Positions 42,006 through 54,192 are shown, counted from the whole stretch's first letter. The stretch is 62,482 nucleotides of DNA, filler included, from Squatina squatina (GCA_031763465.1; 3 parts of 3 records of this genome joined end to end with filler, not necessarily neighbours in it); one strand, 5' to 3'. Notes: generated by a model from the letters alone, not told the origin. Program-made: numbers and translations.

Positions 42006-42104
42006 GTGACCTGTGCAAGTTTATAAACTAAGTTTGAAAAATATAATAATGCAAATGCTGTTGAGTTTTAATATATTTCTGTGGTTATTTTACAGGCTTT
42101 GTGG

Positions 42105-42213
42105 ATGCACTTAGATGTTTGCAATGAGCACTGTGGCTGGCATGCCCCAGTGTTTTGGATGCCAATGTATAGGACTCCGTAGAAGTCGATTTTATCAGCA
42201 GCGAACGTCATGA
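42105..42213 (+). promoter_or_regulatory. Two overlapping uORFs in the KMT2E 5' leader
   Basis: uORF A 42105-42182 (25 aa) and uORF B 42115-42213 (32 aa) lie in the exon starting at 42096; translation not demonstrated. Confidence 0.6.
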
Positions 42214-42280
42214 GCATAGTGATCCCGATAGGGTTTGACACAACGGAGACCTCATATTTGGAAATGGCTGCAGGCTCAGA
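42210..42280 (+). CDS. KMT2E: KMT2E (MLL5) first coding exon (exon starts at 42096)
   Basis: [23 protein letters not shown](E) matches the KMT2E N-terminus; GTAAGC donor at 42281. Confidence 0.95.
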
Positions 42281-43219
42281 GTAAGCAATTTTATGGTTGA
42301 TATGCATACTTTTTTTTAATTTGAGAGCACTGACGTGAAAAGAGTACAGCACAATGCTCAGTGTTTGATACGTATTATATAATGTGACTTGTCAGGGACC
42401 TTTGAGAGGCCATTTATCAGGAATCCCTCCAACAATATATTGGTTTTGGCAGGTCTCTTGTATTCTACCTTTTTAACAAATCTCCGTCAATGCCACAAAA
42501 TCTAAATTTAAAAACTTAAAAAGACAGCTCTGATTAAATTTTAAAGCTCATTATTTTTGGACCCTGTATTATGTGCCGGAGCTGACTTAAGAAGTTTGAT
42601 TGTTGTTCACCTTTGGTTCAATTTTGGGATCTGTCGAGGTTGTGGTTTAAGTCTGAAGGATCTCATTTTCAGTTCAAATCCCACCACGACAGTTTGAATT
42701 CAGCTTAAAAAGAAATATNNNNNNNNNNNNNNNNNNNNNNNNNNNNNNNNNNNNNNNNNNNNNNNNNNNNNNNNNNNNNNNNNNNNNNNNNNNNNNNNNN
42801 NNNNNNNNNNNNNNNNNNNNNNNNNNNNNNNNNNNNNNNNNNNNNNNNNNNNNNNNNNNNNNNNNNNNNNNNNNNNNNNNNNNNNNNNNNNNNNNNNNNN
42901 NNNNNNNNNNNNNNNNNNNNNNNNNNNNNNNNNNNNNNNNNNNNNNNNNNNNNNNNNNNNNNNNNNNNNNNNNNNNNNNNNNNNNNNNNNNNNNNNNNNN
43001 NNNNNNNNNNNNNNNNNNNNNNNNNNNNNNNNNNNNNNNNNNNNNNNNNNNNNNNNNNNNNNNNNNNNNNNNNNNNNNNNNNNNNNNNNNNNNNNNNNNN
43101 NNNNNNNNNNNNNNNNNNNNNNNNNNNNNNNNNNNNNNNNNNNNNNNNNNNNNNNNNNNNNNNNNNNNNNNNNNNNNNNNNNNNNNNNNNNNNNNNNNNN
43201 NNNNNNNNNNNNNNNNNNT

Positions 43220-43858
43220 TCAAAGTTCTCTCAATTCAAGAACCGTTTCTTTAGATTGGAAAACTGTGCATGCCACTTTGCTATTTAAGAAAGGCGAGAG
43301 AGGGAAACAGTGGAATTATAGACCAGTTAGCGTAACATTGGTTGTGGGGGAAATTACTAGAGTCTATAATTAAGGATAGGGTGACTGAACACCTCAAATG
43401 TTTACCTGATCAGAGAGGGCCAGCATGGATTTGTGAAAGGTAGGTGATGCCTGACAAACCGGATTGGATTTTTTGAGGAGGTGACTAAAGTAGTGAACAG
43501 GGGAATGTCTATGGATGTTATTTAAATGGATTTCCAGGAGGCATTTGACAAAGTCCCTCATAGGAGACTGTTAGCTGAAGTCGAAGCCCATGGAATTGAA
43601 GGCAAATTATTGAGCTGGTTAGGACATTGGCTGAGTGGTGAGAGACAGAGAGCGGGGATATTGGCCAGGTCCTCTAATTGGCAGGATGTGACGAGCGCTG
43701 TCCCTCAGGGATCTGTGTTGAGGCCTCGACTATTTACCGTATTTACTAATGATTTAGATGATGGGACAGAAAGCCACATATCCAAGTTTTCTAATGACAC
43801 AAAGATGGGTGCCATTGTAAGCAGTGTAGATGGAAGCGAAGAATCACAAAGAGATATT
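43220..43858 (+). mobile_element. CR1-clade LINE RT fragment, interrupted at 43859 by a DNA transposon end
   Basis: NYRPVS, QHGFVKG, MDFQEAFDKVPH, VPQGSVL, SKFSNDTK; then GGCCCTGAAATTGC begins unrelated GC-rich sequence. Confidence 0.9.
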
Positions 43859-44380
43859 GGCCCTGAAATTGCGATCTCCCCGGGTGGGAACGATGTTCCC
43901 ACGCAGCTGGGGAGACATTGCAAAAGCCAGTTATGGAGCTGTACATCGTAAGCCCGCATAACCGGCATTTGCGATCTGTCCAGAACTGAGCTTTGCAATA
44001 TTTTTGCAGTACTTTTGCTGGGGATCCCTTGAAATTTTTTACGCATGATAAAACCCAGCATATCTGCTTGGTTTTACCATCATAAGAAATGTGAAATTTT
44101 AATTCAAAAAAATTAATGGGCCATTACTTTACTATCATTCCAAGTAAGATAAGCATGTTTTAAACNNNNNNNNNNNNNNNNNNNNNNNNNNNNNNNNNNN
44201 NNNNNNNNNNNNNNNNNNNNNNNNNNNNNNNNNNNNNNNNNNNNNNNNNNNNNNNNNNNNNNNNNGAATTTCTAACAGAAGCCTTGCTTAATGTGTGTGC
44301 TTTTTAAAACCATGAGATGCAACAGGAACTCATTATTTCACGTTGAACAAATTGGGTATCTTGCATTCAAAACTTAGTGA

Positions 44381-44593
<213 letters not shown>

Positions 44594-44926
44594 TAACATT
44601 TTAAAAAAAAATAAATTTAACTGCCACCATGCAAGGTATACTGCTGTTTCAAAATCCAGTATCATTGTCTTTATAAATGCAAGTTAACCACAACATTATT
44701 TCTTCACACACAAGTTTTCCAGTGTTTTTCTGTGTAAAAAGTGTCAGTTTACTTAATAAACTGTTGAATTCTAGTTTAACATCTGTTATGTTGGTATATA
44801 GTAAAGTTTATTCTTCTTGTTTTCCGNNNNNNNNNNNNNNNNNNNNNNNNNNNNNNNNNNNNNNNNNNNNNNNNNNNNNNNNNNNNNNNNNNNNNNNNNN
44901 NNNNNNNNNNNNNNNNNNNNNNNNNN

Positions 44927-45300
44927 CTACTGATGTGAGGATAACTGGTCCATCGCTATCTGGCTTATCCCTTTCCCCTTTTTTGAACAGGAGTTAACAT
45001 TCGCTACCCTCCAGTCCTTTGGTACAATTCCTGTTTCCAACGAATTTTGGAAAATTATGGTTAGTACATCTGCTATTTCATCACTTACCTCCCTCCGTAT
45101 TCTGGAATGTAGACCATCTGGGCCTGGTGACTTATCAACTTTAATTCCTATTAACCCATCTATTTTAGAAAAAAATATATATCTATTTGTTGATTTTCCA
45201 CGTTGTCCTCTGGTACTCCTGTACTTCCTACACCCTCTTAATACTGAGTCAAAATACTTGTTGAGCATCTCTACCATTCTTGCATTCTCTTGTTTATTGT
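44927..45300 (-). mobile_element. CR1-clade LINE fragment
   Basis: KVDKSPGPDGLHSRIRREVSDEIADVLTIIFQNSLETGIVPKDWRVANV. Confidence 0.88.
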
Positions 45301-46508
45301 TGATCAATATTCTAAGATGTGAAGCAGATATAAAATACAGGAACAAAGCTTTCTAAAGTGATAACCTGACACAGTTCCATGCTGCATTGAGACTTCAACC
45401 CTAATTCGTAAAATGTAGCATATAATTAGCATTAACTGTTTTGCCTGGTACATGTATCCCTGAGGTAAAGGAGTGAAGGCTTATCGTGTGACCTAATTGT
45501 TATGGGAAGTAATGTTTTATCTTGTAAATTTCTATCCGGTAACTTTTTTCTGTGTTGAACTTTTATATTTTAATCTGATCTTGCACAGTAGATATCAAAT
45601 AAAACGGCTACATTGTGAATAGTGGAGCAGTTTGTTGTGTCTTATTTACTCTTTTTATACATATCACTGTGTCAGGTCCATAATGTTTGTAGTCGTGTCT
45701 GTGTGTCAATGTTTCAGATCCATACAGTTTTTTTTAAATAGTAAAACTATCCAGCATAATGGAGGCAGCNNNNNNNNNNNNNNNNNNNNNNNNNNNNNNN
45801 NNNNNNNNNNNNNNNNNNNNNNNNNNNNNNNNNNNNNNNNNNNNNNNNNNNNNNNNNNNNNNNNNNNNNGCCCCCGCTTGTGACCCCTCTCCCACCACAA
45901 ATAGTAGAAATTGGCAGATAATGGAGCACTCCAAATTACTATACACTATTGATTGCTTTGCCTCAGTCTTCTCCAGTGACATATACCTCTATTCAGTTGG
46001 CATTGCAGCATTCAACTAATCAGCTGATTTGCTAGCTCACGGTTCCTTCACACACCTGCCCATAACTTCATCCGACATACCTACAACAGACCAATGCCGA
46101 CCTCGACATCTCAATCTCAGTGGCGATCCAATCATCCAGTTGGTAACCTCCACAGCAGTGAAATCACTGACTTTAAAATCAACACAAAGCTTGTTTAAAT
46201 GTGCGCTTGTATGGAGGAGCTGTAGGTTGGCAGATCAGTTGATTAATCATATTGCAACAGAAGTTGAGGACTCTGCTCTGAAACAAAAAAGCTTGTTCAT
46301 ATCCTTGACTTCTGCTGGTCTCCCATTATCTGAGAAAATTCTCACTGATAGTCAACAATGCAAATAATGGGAGTGTGAATAATTGAGGGTGTATTGTATA
46401 TTTAAAAATATTTATGTCTATCTTCAATTCCTTATGCAGGGTGTAAATGGTTTAAAAAGAATGAAGAATGGCCACAGGTTTGTTACTGATAATTTATTTT
46501 TTAAATAG

Positions 46509-46675
46509 ATGGAGACACCAGTGCAACAGAAAGTGGAGATGAGGTACCTGTGGAACTGTATACTGCCTTTCAGCAGACCCCTACGACTATCACGTTGACC
46601 GCCACTAGGGTAACAAAGGTAAATGAGAAAAAGCGAAAGAAAAGTGGAGAAAAGGAGCAGTTTGCTGCAAAATCT
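46509..46675 (+). CDS. KMT2E: KMT2E internal exon (post-PHD), 3' end in gap
   Basis: (D)[50 protein letters not shown] matches KMT2E. Confidence 0.93.
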
Positions 46676-47227
46676 NNNNNNNNNNNNNNNNNNNNNNNNN
46701 NNNNNNNNNNNNNNNNNNNNNNNNNNNNNNNNNNNNNNNNNNNNNNNNNNNNNNNNNNNNNNNNNNNNNNNNNNNACTCATCTCTATTTGGAAATTCCAA
46801 AGCATTGGCACTGTAATGCTCATATTTGTCTTTTTTGATGAAAGTGTATTTTTGATTACTTCTGTTGGGAATTTCCATTCTGTTTTGTTCAAAATGATTG
46901 TGCCTGTTTAGTTCTCTTTGCATTAAAAGTACTTCCTTAAATTTAGTTCACGCTGCATGACTCTTCTCTCCAAAACCTATTTGAGAGGGTCTCATTCAAA
47001 TAGTGAATTCTTGCAAAATTTTGAATGTGTGCATTTATCAAAACAAAGCAAAAGCAATTCTCAAGATTAAAATCTTCATATCTTTGAGTTGATATAGTTG
47101 GAACCCATTATTTTATTGAGTACTGAATGTGTGTTTCTATGTGGGGAAGGAGGGAGGGAAATAGGAAATAAAGTCAATCGTTAAAGAATTGATGTTCATG
47201 ATTGTGCTGATGCTTTCTTGTCCTTAG

Positions 47228-47467
47228 CAAAGTTCAGTATCAGAAGCCGATGGCATTGATAATGCCAGTTTTGTATGGGAGAACAAAATCAAAACGTGGA
47301 TGGATCGGTATGAGGAAGCAGATGGGAATCAATATAGTGAGGATATCCAAAATATCCTCGAGGCACACCGACTAGCATTAGAGATAGGTGATGGACATGA
47401 AAAAATGGAGGTGGTCAGTAGATCAGACCTAAACACCAGTCTTACAGCCTTTAAATCTCCAGTAGAG
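47228..47467 (+). CDS. KMT2E: KMT2E internal exon (pre-SET region, 240 nt)
   Basis: ..[42 protein letters not shown] resembles human [33 protein letters not shown] donor. Confidence 0.9.
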
Positions 47468-47820
47468 GTAAGGAACAGTCTTCACACTTAAAAAAAAAGT
47501 AGGTTTCTTTTTAAATAACACATGGTCCTGTTTTTATTTTTTTTTAATTCAAAGCAGCATTCCTCAGCTGCTGCTACCTTTACTAACATGATTCTTTTTC
47601 TCTCTTTTGCCCACTCTCCCTCCCTCTATTGTCAACTCCTCTCTCTTTCATTTCACTTCTCCCTTTCAGTCTCCTCTTCCGTTTCCGTTTCCCTTCCTTT
47701 CATTTCCTTCTCTACCTTTCTTTCATTTTCTCCTCTCTTTTTCTTTAATTCCTCCTCTCTCTTACTTTGCTTTCTTTCAATCTCCGTCCCTGAAATGATG
47801 CAACACACTGGCTCCTAGTT

Positions 47821-47920
47821 NNNNNNNNNNNNNNNNNNNNNNNNNNNNNNNNNNNNNNNNNNNNTTAATTAATTAANNNNNNNNNNNNNNNNNNNNNNNN
47901 NNNNNNNNNNNNNNNNNNNN
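47821..47920. other. Artificial concatenation spacer
   Basis: N-run + TTAATTAATTAA (47866-47877) + N-run; KMT2E and HNRNPR are both truncated at this point. Confidence 0.9.
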
Positions 47921-48065
47921 TTTAAGACTTTGTTGGGAATTCATTTCCACCACTGTTTATCAGTCTTTCCCCGCCATACCTATCAGAATCAAACACAAAC
48001 CCATCTGGCACATTACACTAGTTTCTACTAAATCTGACCCATTTTTTCCCCCAAAACATCTTTAC

Positions 48066-48173
48066 CTTAATTTTTGACTCATCGGGACCCTTCGTAGCAT
48101 CCTGTACTTTGCTACCTTGCTTCTCCCGCTGTCTGTAGGTCTTCATTACTCCACACAGAAAGGCACTTTTATT
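48066..48173 (-). CDS. HNRNPR: hnRNP R coding exon 3 (108 nt)
   Basis: NKSAFLCGVMKTYRQREKQGSKVQDATKGPDESKIK, AG/GT bounded. Confidence 0.92.
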
Positions 48174-49277
48174 CTGAAAGGAAAGATTGATACCAATAAT
48201 ATGAAATTGTAACACCGGATTAAAGCATTATTTGAAATTAAACATCAAATACAGAAGATTTTGTTTTGTGACATCAAATGTTATAAATTGCTCCCTTTTT
48301 CTGTCTAGATTCCCTTCCTTTCTCTTTTATAGTCAGTTTAAAATTTTTTTGATTTAAGTTTTTTTTAAAAATGTTAAGAAACTGCAGCTGACAGCAAATG
48401 AATGATTACCTCAGCATTAGCTGCAGTTAAACCCATTGAGCAACACTCCATTTTTATTGTTCCTGCAAGCTGCAACTACATTCACTGCTGCTGGCAGCTG
48501 ATGGAGAATGGCACCTGATGGAGAATGGCACCAGACAGTATTGTCAATAGGTGGAAATGTAAACTGAAGAGGCCAGCACACCATTGCCCACTTAAAGTGC
48601 TACTTGAATGTAGAAGCACCTCTATTAACCTACTGCCTTCTCCACAGAGTTTCTTTTCAATTTATTTGAAATCTTTCTTTTAAAAAAAAATAAACCTATA
48701 CATACTTTATGCCGTGATTGTACATAATTCATACCTTGTGAGGTTAGGATATAATTTGCATGGCAGATGCATGAGAATACATTGGATACACTGGTATCTC
48801 TGTTTTGCTGGTACTGCTACACTGGGAGCAGAGTGCGCTTAAGGCACAAGGCTTTGTTTGATTTTGACCCTGGGTTACAGTTGAGCTGAGGGAGGGGCAG
48901 AGATATGTGGGACCTGGTCATGCCAGGTTTACAGTGACCACCCTTTGCATCGCCCAAAAGATTATGGCGATGGAATATTTAAAAAAAAGACTCTGCACAT
49001 GGCTGACAAGGGTGATTAAGCGAATGTGTAAAACAGTCCACTCATGCATGCATGAAAAACATGTGACTTTTTATTTGTGTATTATAATATATAAAATACA
49101 CACACACACACCACATTGATTCTGAGCACTAATTAAAGTTCGACAATCGCTGCAGGACAAGTTGGATAGATGCAAAANNNNNNNNNNNNNNNNNNNNNNN
49201 NNNNNNNNNNNNNNNNNNNNNNNNNNNNNNNNNNNNNNNNNNNNNNNNNNNNNNNNNNNNNNNNNNNNNNNNNNNNN

Positions 49278-49371
49278 TTAAACTGTTGCAAAACGGACAG
49301 TGCTCCTTCTTCATTGAACTCTCTGAGGGCATCAATGGCTCTCTCATCAAGATCAGCATAAGATACTAACC
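49278..49371 (-). CDS. HNRNPR: hnRNP R coding exon 2 (partial, 3' end in gap)
   Basis: (G)LVSYADLDERAIDALREFNEEGALSVLQQF; 'IDALREFNEEGALSV' is the hnRNP R rather than SYNCRIP version. Confidence 0.92.
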
Positions 49372-51225
49372 CTGTAAACAAAATTAAATTCAGAATGGTT
49401 AGATAATATGGTCAAAATTAAATATTGCAGTTTGACCGCATATAAATTCATACATGAAAATACAAATTTCATGACTTCCTTCCAAAATTTATACAACTGC
49501 TTTCAAATTAATGAGGAACCAGGGAAGAAAAATTACATCATACAATGACATTAAATTGGGTTTCTGCCTTCTCCACATCTTCAGGAGCAGTGTGGACATT
49601 CTTATGGGTGTTTGAACTTACTGCCCACATCATTTTCAGCTTCTGACTTAAGTTTTCAGAAACTGAATACAATGTTCTGAATGATGACACGAGTTTCTGA
49701 TGCTTACTTTAGGTATTTGCATATTCTGACATGAAAAATACAGGAATAACCTGCAGCACAGGTACAATAAAACCAGGTACAAGCCCAATTAATGAGGTAT
49801 AGTGCACACTGCATCCATGTACACAATCTATTTTACATACAGCATGTGTATCGTTTCAGAACTGATTACAGTTTAACTCAACTATATATTCTGTCTCACC
49901 CAAGAGTGGAATCTATCTTGCACTCAATTCAGTCCGCAAGACCACCGTACCTAATGTCCTAAGACGGTATTATTTGAATATATTTAGGTCTTAGTAGTAC
50001 TTAAAATTTCTATCGTTGCAACCACCTATGATTGTAAGCATTGAGTTCTAAAACAGAGAGCTGGGAACCTCAACTGCGTAGTAAGTTAATATATACAGTT
50101 CCTGCAGCAGTGACTGACCAGGGCAACTTTAAACCAATAGGATTTTCAAAATGGAAGACAGAATGTTGCNNNNNNNNNNNNNNNNNNNNNNNNNNNNNNN
50201 NNNNNNNNNNNNNNNNNNNNNNNNNNNNNNNNNNNNNNNNNNNNNNNNNNNNNNNNNNNNNNNNNNNNNNNNNNNNNNNNNNNNNNNNNNNNNNNNNNNN
50301 NNNNNNNNNNNNNNNNNNNNNNNNNNNNNNNNNNNNNNNNNNNNNNNNNNNNNNNNNNNNNNNNNNNNNNNNNNNNNNNNNNNNNNNNNNNNNNNNNNNN
50401 NNNNNNNNNNNNNNNNNNNNNNNNNNNNNNNNNNNNNNNNNNNNNNNNNNNNNNNNNNNNNNNNNNNNNNNNNNNNNNNNNNNNNNNNNNNNNNNNNNNN
50501 NNNNNNNNNNNNNNNNNNNNNNNNNNNNNNNNNNNNNNNNNNNNNNNNNNNNNNNNNNNNNNNNNNNNNNNNNNNNNNNNNNNNNNNNNNNNNNNNNNNN
50601 NNNNNNNNNNNNNNNNNNNNNNNNNNNNNNNNNNNNNNNNNNNNNNNNNNNNNNNNNNNNNNNNNNNNNNNNNNNNNNNNNNNNNNNNNNNNNNNNNNNN
50701 NNNNNNNNNNNNNNNNNNNNNNNNNNNNNNNNNNNNNNNNNNNNNNNNNNNNNNNNNNNNNNNNNNNNNNNNNNNNNNNNNNNNNNNNNNNNNNNNNNNN
50801 NNNNNNNNNNNNNNNNNNNNNNNNNNNNNNNNNNNNNNNNNNNNNNNNNNNNNNNNNNNNNNNNNNNNNNNNNNNNNNNNNNNNNNNNNNNNNNNNNNNN
50901 NNNNNNNNNNNNNNNNNNNNNNNNNNNNNNNNNNNNNNNNNNNNNNNNNNNNNNNNNNNNNNNNNNNNNNNNNNNNNNNNNNNNNNNNNNNNNNNNNNNN
51001 NNNNNNNNNNNNNNNNNNNNNNNNNNNNNNNNNNNNNNNNNNNNNNNNNNNNNNNNNNNNNNNNNNNNNNNNNNNNNNNNNNNCAGAAATATACAGCAAT
51101 ATCTTTGAATTCACATCAAGTATCAAATCCATCACTCTCAAATTGTCAGGAGTTTGCCAGTTACATATTTTCAGATTAAAGCAATAGTTTGGACTACTAA
51201 AACCACAGGTCATGGCATATTATAC

Positions 51226-51385
51226 CTGTTTGAAAGATATCATCTAGCCTTTCTGCTACTTTCTGTGGCAAGCCAGCATCTATTAGCACCTGGTAGTGTT
51301 CTGAATGGGTGACAGCAGATGAGGTATCCATGGGTTCTTCCTCCTCCTTCACCTGCGCTGCATTTCCATTCACCTCAGTAGCCAT
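51226..51385 (-). CDS. HNRNPR: hnRNP R first coding exon (exon 5' boundary at 51397)
   Basis: MATEVNGNAAQVKEEEEPMDTSSAVTHSEHYQVLIDAGLPQKVAERLDDIFQT(G); GT donor at 51225. Confidence 0.92.
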
Positions 51386-51945
51386 TTCTAATTACAGCTG
51401 GAATGAAAAAAATAATACTATTTAAGACAATTTTTTTCCTCTGCATATCAAATTGTCACAAGGCTTTATTTCAAAATTCTATGTAAACACAGGGACTTGG
51501 GATGGTACAGTGGGCTAGAACACTGTTCCCTCACCTCTGGGACCAGAATTTAAATCTAGCCCAGACAAATGAGATCAAAGTTTCTTCTATCCTAAAGCAT
51601 TTGAGGCTCCTAAGTGAAATGAGTTTGGGCATTTCCCAGNNNNNNNNNNNNNNNNNNNNNNNNNNNNNNNNNNNNNNNNNNNNNNNNNNNNNNNNNNNNN
51701 NNNNNNNNNNNNNNNNNNNNNNNNNNNNNNNNNNNNNNNTTCAGCAAGGGTCACTGGTTAGCATCAACCCAAGCTGACAATTCCATCCCCTGACCCAGAG
51801 ACCAAGCATAGCATCCCTGCTACTGGGCACCAGGATCAGCTAACTCAGAGGCTAGGGATCAAACTTGGAACCTTGGCTCAGCCACACAGATTGAACCCAG
51901 AAGCTGTGGATTCAGGGTTAAAAAAATTCCAATGCTCAGTATTAC

Positions 51946-52005
51946 CTTGCGAGTTGGCTTCAAACGTACAATCTTTAGGGCTGCCGGCACAACCATGCGT
52001 TTCCT
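51946..52005 (-). CDS. RPL13A: RPL13A exon 6 (60 nt)
   Basis: RKRMVVPAALKIVRLKPTRK, AG/GT bounded; exons 7-8 not visible. Confidence 0.96.
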
Positions 52006-52072
52006 CTGCAAATGCAAATTGCATAGATTAAAACAGAGCAAAGGAACAAAAATAATCTGAAGAGAATGTAAT

Positions 52073-52143
52073 CTATCTCAGTATTAAGTTTGCTCTCATT
52101 TAATAGATCAAACAATGTAGGTATAAGAATTCATCATTGACAG
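52073..52143 (-). ncRNA. SNORD34: Box C/D snoRNA SNORD34 (U34) in RPL13A intron 5
   Basis: Box C ATGATGA (52137-52131); guide TACCTACATTGT + D' TTGA complementary to 28S AACAAUGUAGGUA; box D CTGA (52081-52078); terminal stem CTGTC/GATAG; same intron as human U34. Confidence 0.9.
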
Positions 52144-52164
52144 AACGTGGACATGTCTTATTCA

Positions 52165-52299
<135 letters not shown>

Positions 52300-52643
52300 T
52301 TATTTATTTTCCATACAACATATTCATACAAAATAGTCAGTACCCATATACCTGGAAATGAGAGTGTGCTCGAATGTGTATGTACAGTACAGCCTTTACA
52401 AATCAATTAGAAGACAGCAATAATTACAACTGTGTATATAATTGAAATTATCCTGGTTAAAAACAGCAAGTCTGCAATAGTGCAATTTTTTGAACATTTG
52501 ACAACTCCATTAAGTAGAATCCCATTCCACCATACTGCATGCAAGTAACTCATGACCTTCAGCTTTTCAGGCCACTGCTGGAAAACACCAACCTAGTTCT
52601 CCAGAAGATGGGCAACAACTAATTGGAGTTCCCTGCATTACCT

Positions 52644-52853
52644 CATGTGCCCCAAGGATCTATCCTTAGCCCATCCTATTTCTCATCTGCATGCTGCCCC
52701 TCGGTGACATCATCCGAAAACATAGCATCAGTTTCCACACGTACGCTGATGACACCCAGCTCTACCTGATCACTTCTCTCGACCCCTCCACGATCTCTAA
52801 ATTGTCAGACTGCTTGTTCGACATCCAGTTCTGGATGAGCAGAAATTTTCTCC
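52644..52853 (+). mobile_element. L2-clade LINE RT fragment in RPL13A intron 4
   Basis: [33 protein letters not shown]. Confidence 0.92.
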
Positions 52854-53244
52854 NNNNNNNNNNNNNNNNNNNNNNNNNNNNNNNNNNNNNNNNNNNNNNN
52901 NNNNNNNNNNNNNNNNNNNNNNNNNNNNNNNNNNNNNNNNNNNNNNNNNNNNNNNNNNNNNNNNNNNNNNNNNNNNNNNNNNNNNNNNNNNNNNNNNNNN
53001 NNNNNNNNNNNNNNNNNNNNNNNNNNNNNNNNNNNNNNNNNNNNNNNNNNNNNNNNNNNNNNNNNNNNNNNNNNNNNNNNNNNNNNNNNNNNNNNNNNNN
53101 NNNNNNNNNNNNNNNNNNNNNNNNNNNNNNNNNNNNNNNNNNNNNNNNNNNNNNNNNNNNNNNNNNNNNNNNNNNNNNNNNNGACATTACTGCAGCATAG
53201 ATATTAATACATGAGTAACTATGGAATCAAAAGCAAAATATTAC

Positions 53245-53346
53245 CTCTTACAGTCCTCCAGAAGATTCGGCTTGGTGCTCTGAAGTGATATGGGCCACGA
53301 GAAGGGTTAGTATTCATCCTCTTGCGCAAGAACGAAAGGTACTTAA
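53245..53346 (-). CDS. RPL13A: RPL13A exon 4 (102 nt)
   Basis: (L)[33 protein letters not shown]. Confidence 0.97.
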
Positions 53347-53616
53347 CTGTAGAAAAAGAAAGGTAACTGAATACCTGTACAGAATAAATCCAACACCATT
53401 TAACTTCACGTTACACTGAAATCTAATGCTGAATACTTTCGATATAAAATCCTTGGGTAAACAAAATTAAATCTTTAGGTAAAATGTTAAAAGTGTTGGT
53501 GCATGTAATTTAGCACATCTCCATAAACATATTCAGGCTCAAGTTTTTGATTCAGGTAGATTTCTACAAATAGATGACCCTGAAAATGTTAATGAAAACA
53601 AGCTGATGCTGACCAT

Positions 53617-53689
53617 GTGCCTCAGATGGTAGTGCATGTGAGCTCTTCTCATTGTCGAGAAACTCGATCACAGTCATTCATCATAGACA
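53617..53689 (-). ncRNA. SNORD33: Box C/D snoRNA SNORD33 (U33) copy in RPL13A intron 3
   Basis: Box C ATGATGA (53684-53678); internal TCGAGTTTCTCGACAATGAGA like human U33; guide CATGCACTACCAT + box D CTGA (53625-53622) complementary to 18S GUGGUGGUGCAUG. Confidence 0.9.
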
Positions 53690-53801
53690 GAAAAATTAAG
53701 CTGCAATTACAAGTAACTTGAATCAATCTGAATTTATTAAATTCGATCCACATTAACGAGATTTTATAGGAAAAAATCGTCCTTGTGGCGGAGAAACTTA
53801 C

Positions 53802-53867
53802 GTTTGTTTCGGTAAAAGTTGCCTGAGATGTTGATGCCTTCGCACCTGACCACCACCACTTTATGGC
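53802..53867 (-). CDS. RPL13A: RPL13A exon 3 (66 nt)
   Basis: (G)[21 protein letters not shown]. Confidence 0.97.
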
Positions 53868-54011
53868 CTTAGAAAGGGAGAGAGTTTGGTCAGTCATTGA
53901 CATTAAACAAGCCACGGGAGCAAGTTAAAAGTTGATTCTTTTTCTCTCCAGAGGCTGCCCGGCCCGCGGAGTTTGCAGCAGCCTCTGGAGAAAGATTATC
54001 GAGGAGAGATT

Positions 54012-54082
54012 GTGCCTCAGATGGTAGTGCATGAAAGTATTCTCAGTAAAACCTTCAAAATTCAATCATTCATCACCGGCAC
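54012..54082 (-). ncRNA. SNORD33: Second SNORD33-type box C/D snoRNA in RPL13A intron 2
   Basis: Box C GTGATGA (54076-54070), same guide CATGCACTACCAT + CTGA (54020-54017), terminal stem GTGCC/GGCAC. Confidence 0.85.
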
Positions 54083-54119
54083 CGGGAGCTAAAGGTTGGG
54101 GAGGCAGTGAGTGAGTTAC

Positions 54120-54192
54120 CGAGCAGGATCTGTTTGGCCACGATGGCGGCCAAGCGGCCCAGGAGGTGTCCGCGGCCATCCAGGAGCAGCAC
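54120..54192 (-). CDS. RPL13A: RPL13A exon 2 (73 nt)
   Basis: [24 protein letters not shown](G). Confidence 0.97.

Noticed and set aside
45870-46370. Search for the missing KMT2E PHD-finger exons
   Set aside because: No PHD motif found; the exons are most likely in assembly gaps, so gene-level loss cannot be claimed.
47228-48173. Apparent convergent KMT2E-HNRNPR gene pair
   Set aside because: Separated by the synthetic TTAATTAATTAA spacer, and both genes are truncated there.
48498-48531. 17-bp tandem duplication CTGATGGAGAATGGCAC
   Set aside because: Simple local slippage in an intron; no evidence of function.
49675-49735. ATGATGA...CTGA box C/D-like pattern in an HNRNPR intron
   Set aside because: On the strand opposite to the host gene, with no clear terminal stem or recognisable rRNA guide.
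50041-51213. Long ORFs of 342-355 aa (and other X-rich ORFs)
   Set aside because: They consist almost entirely of N gap.
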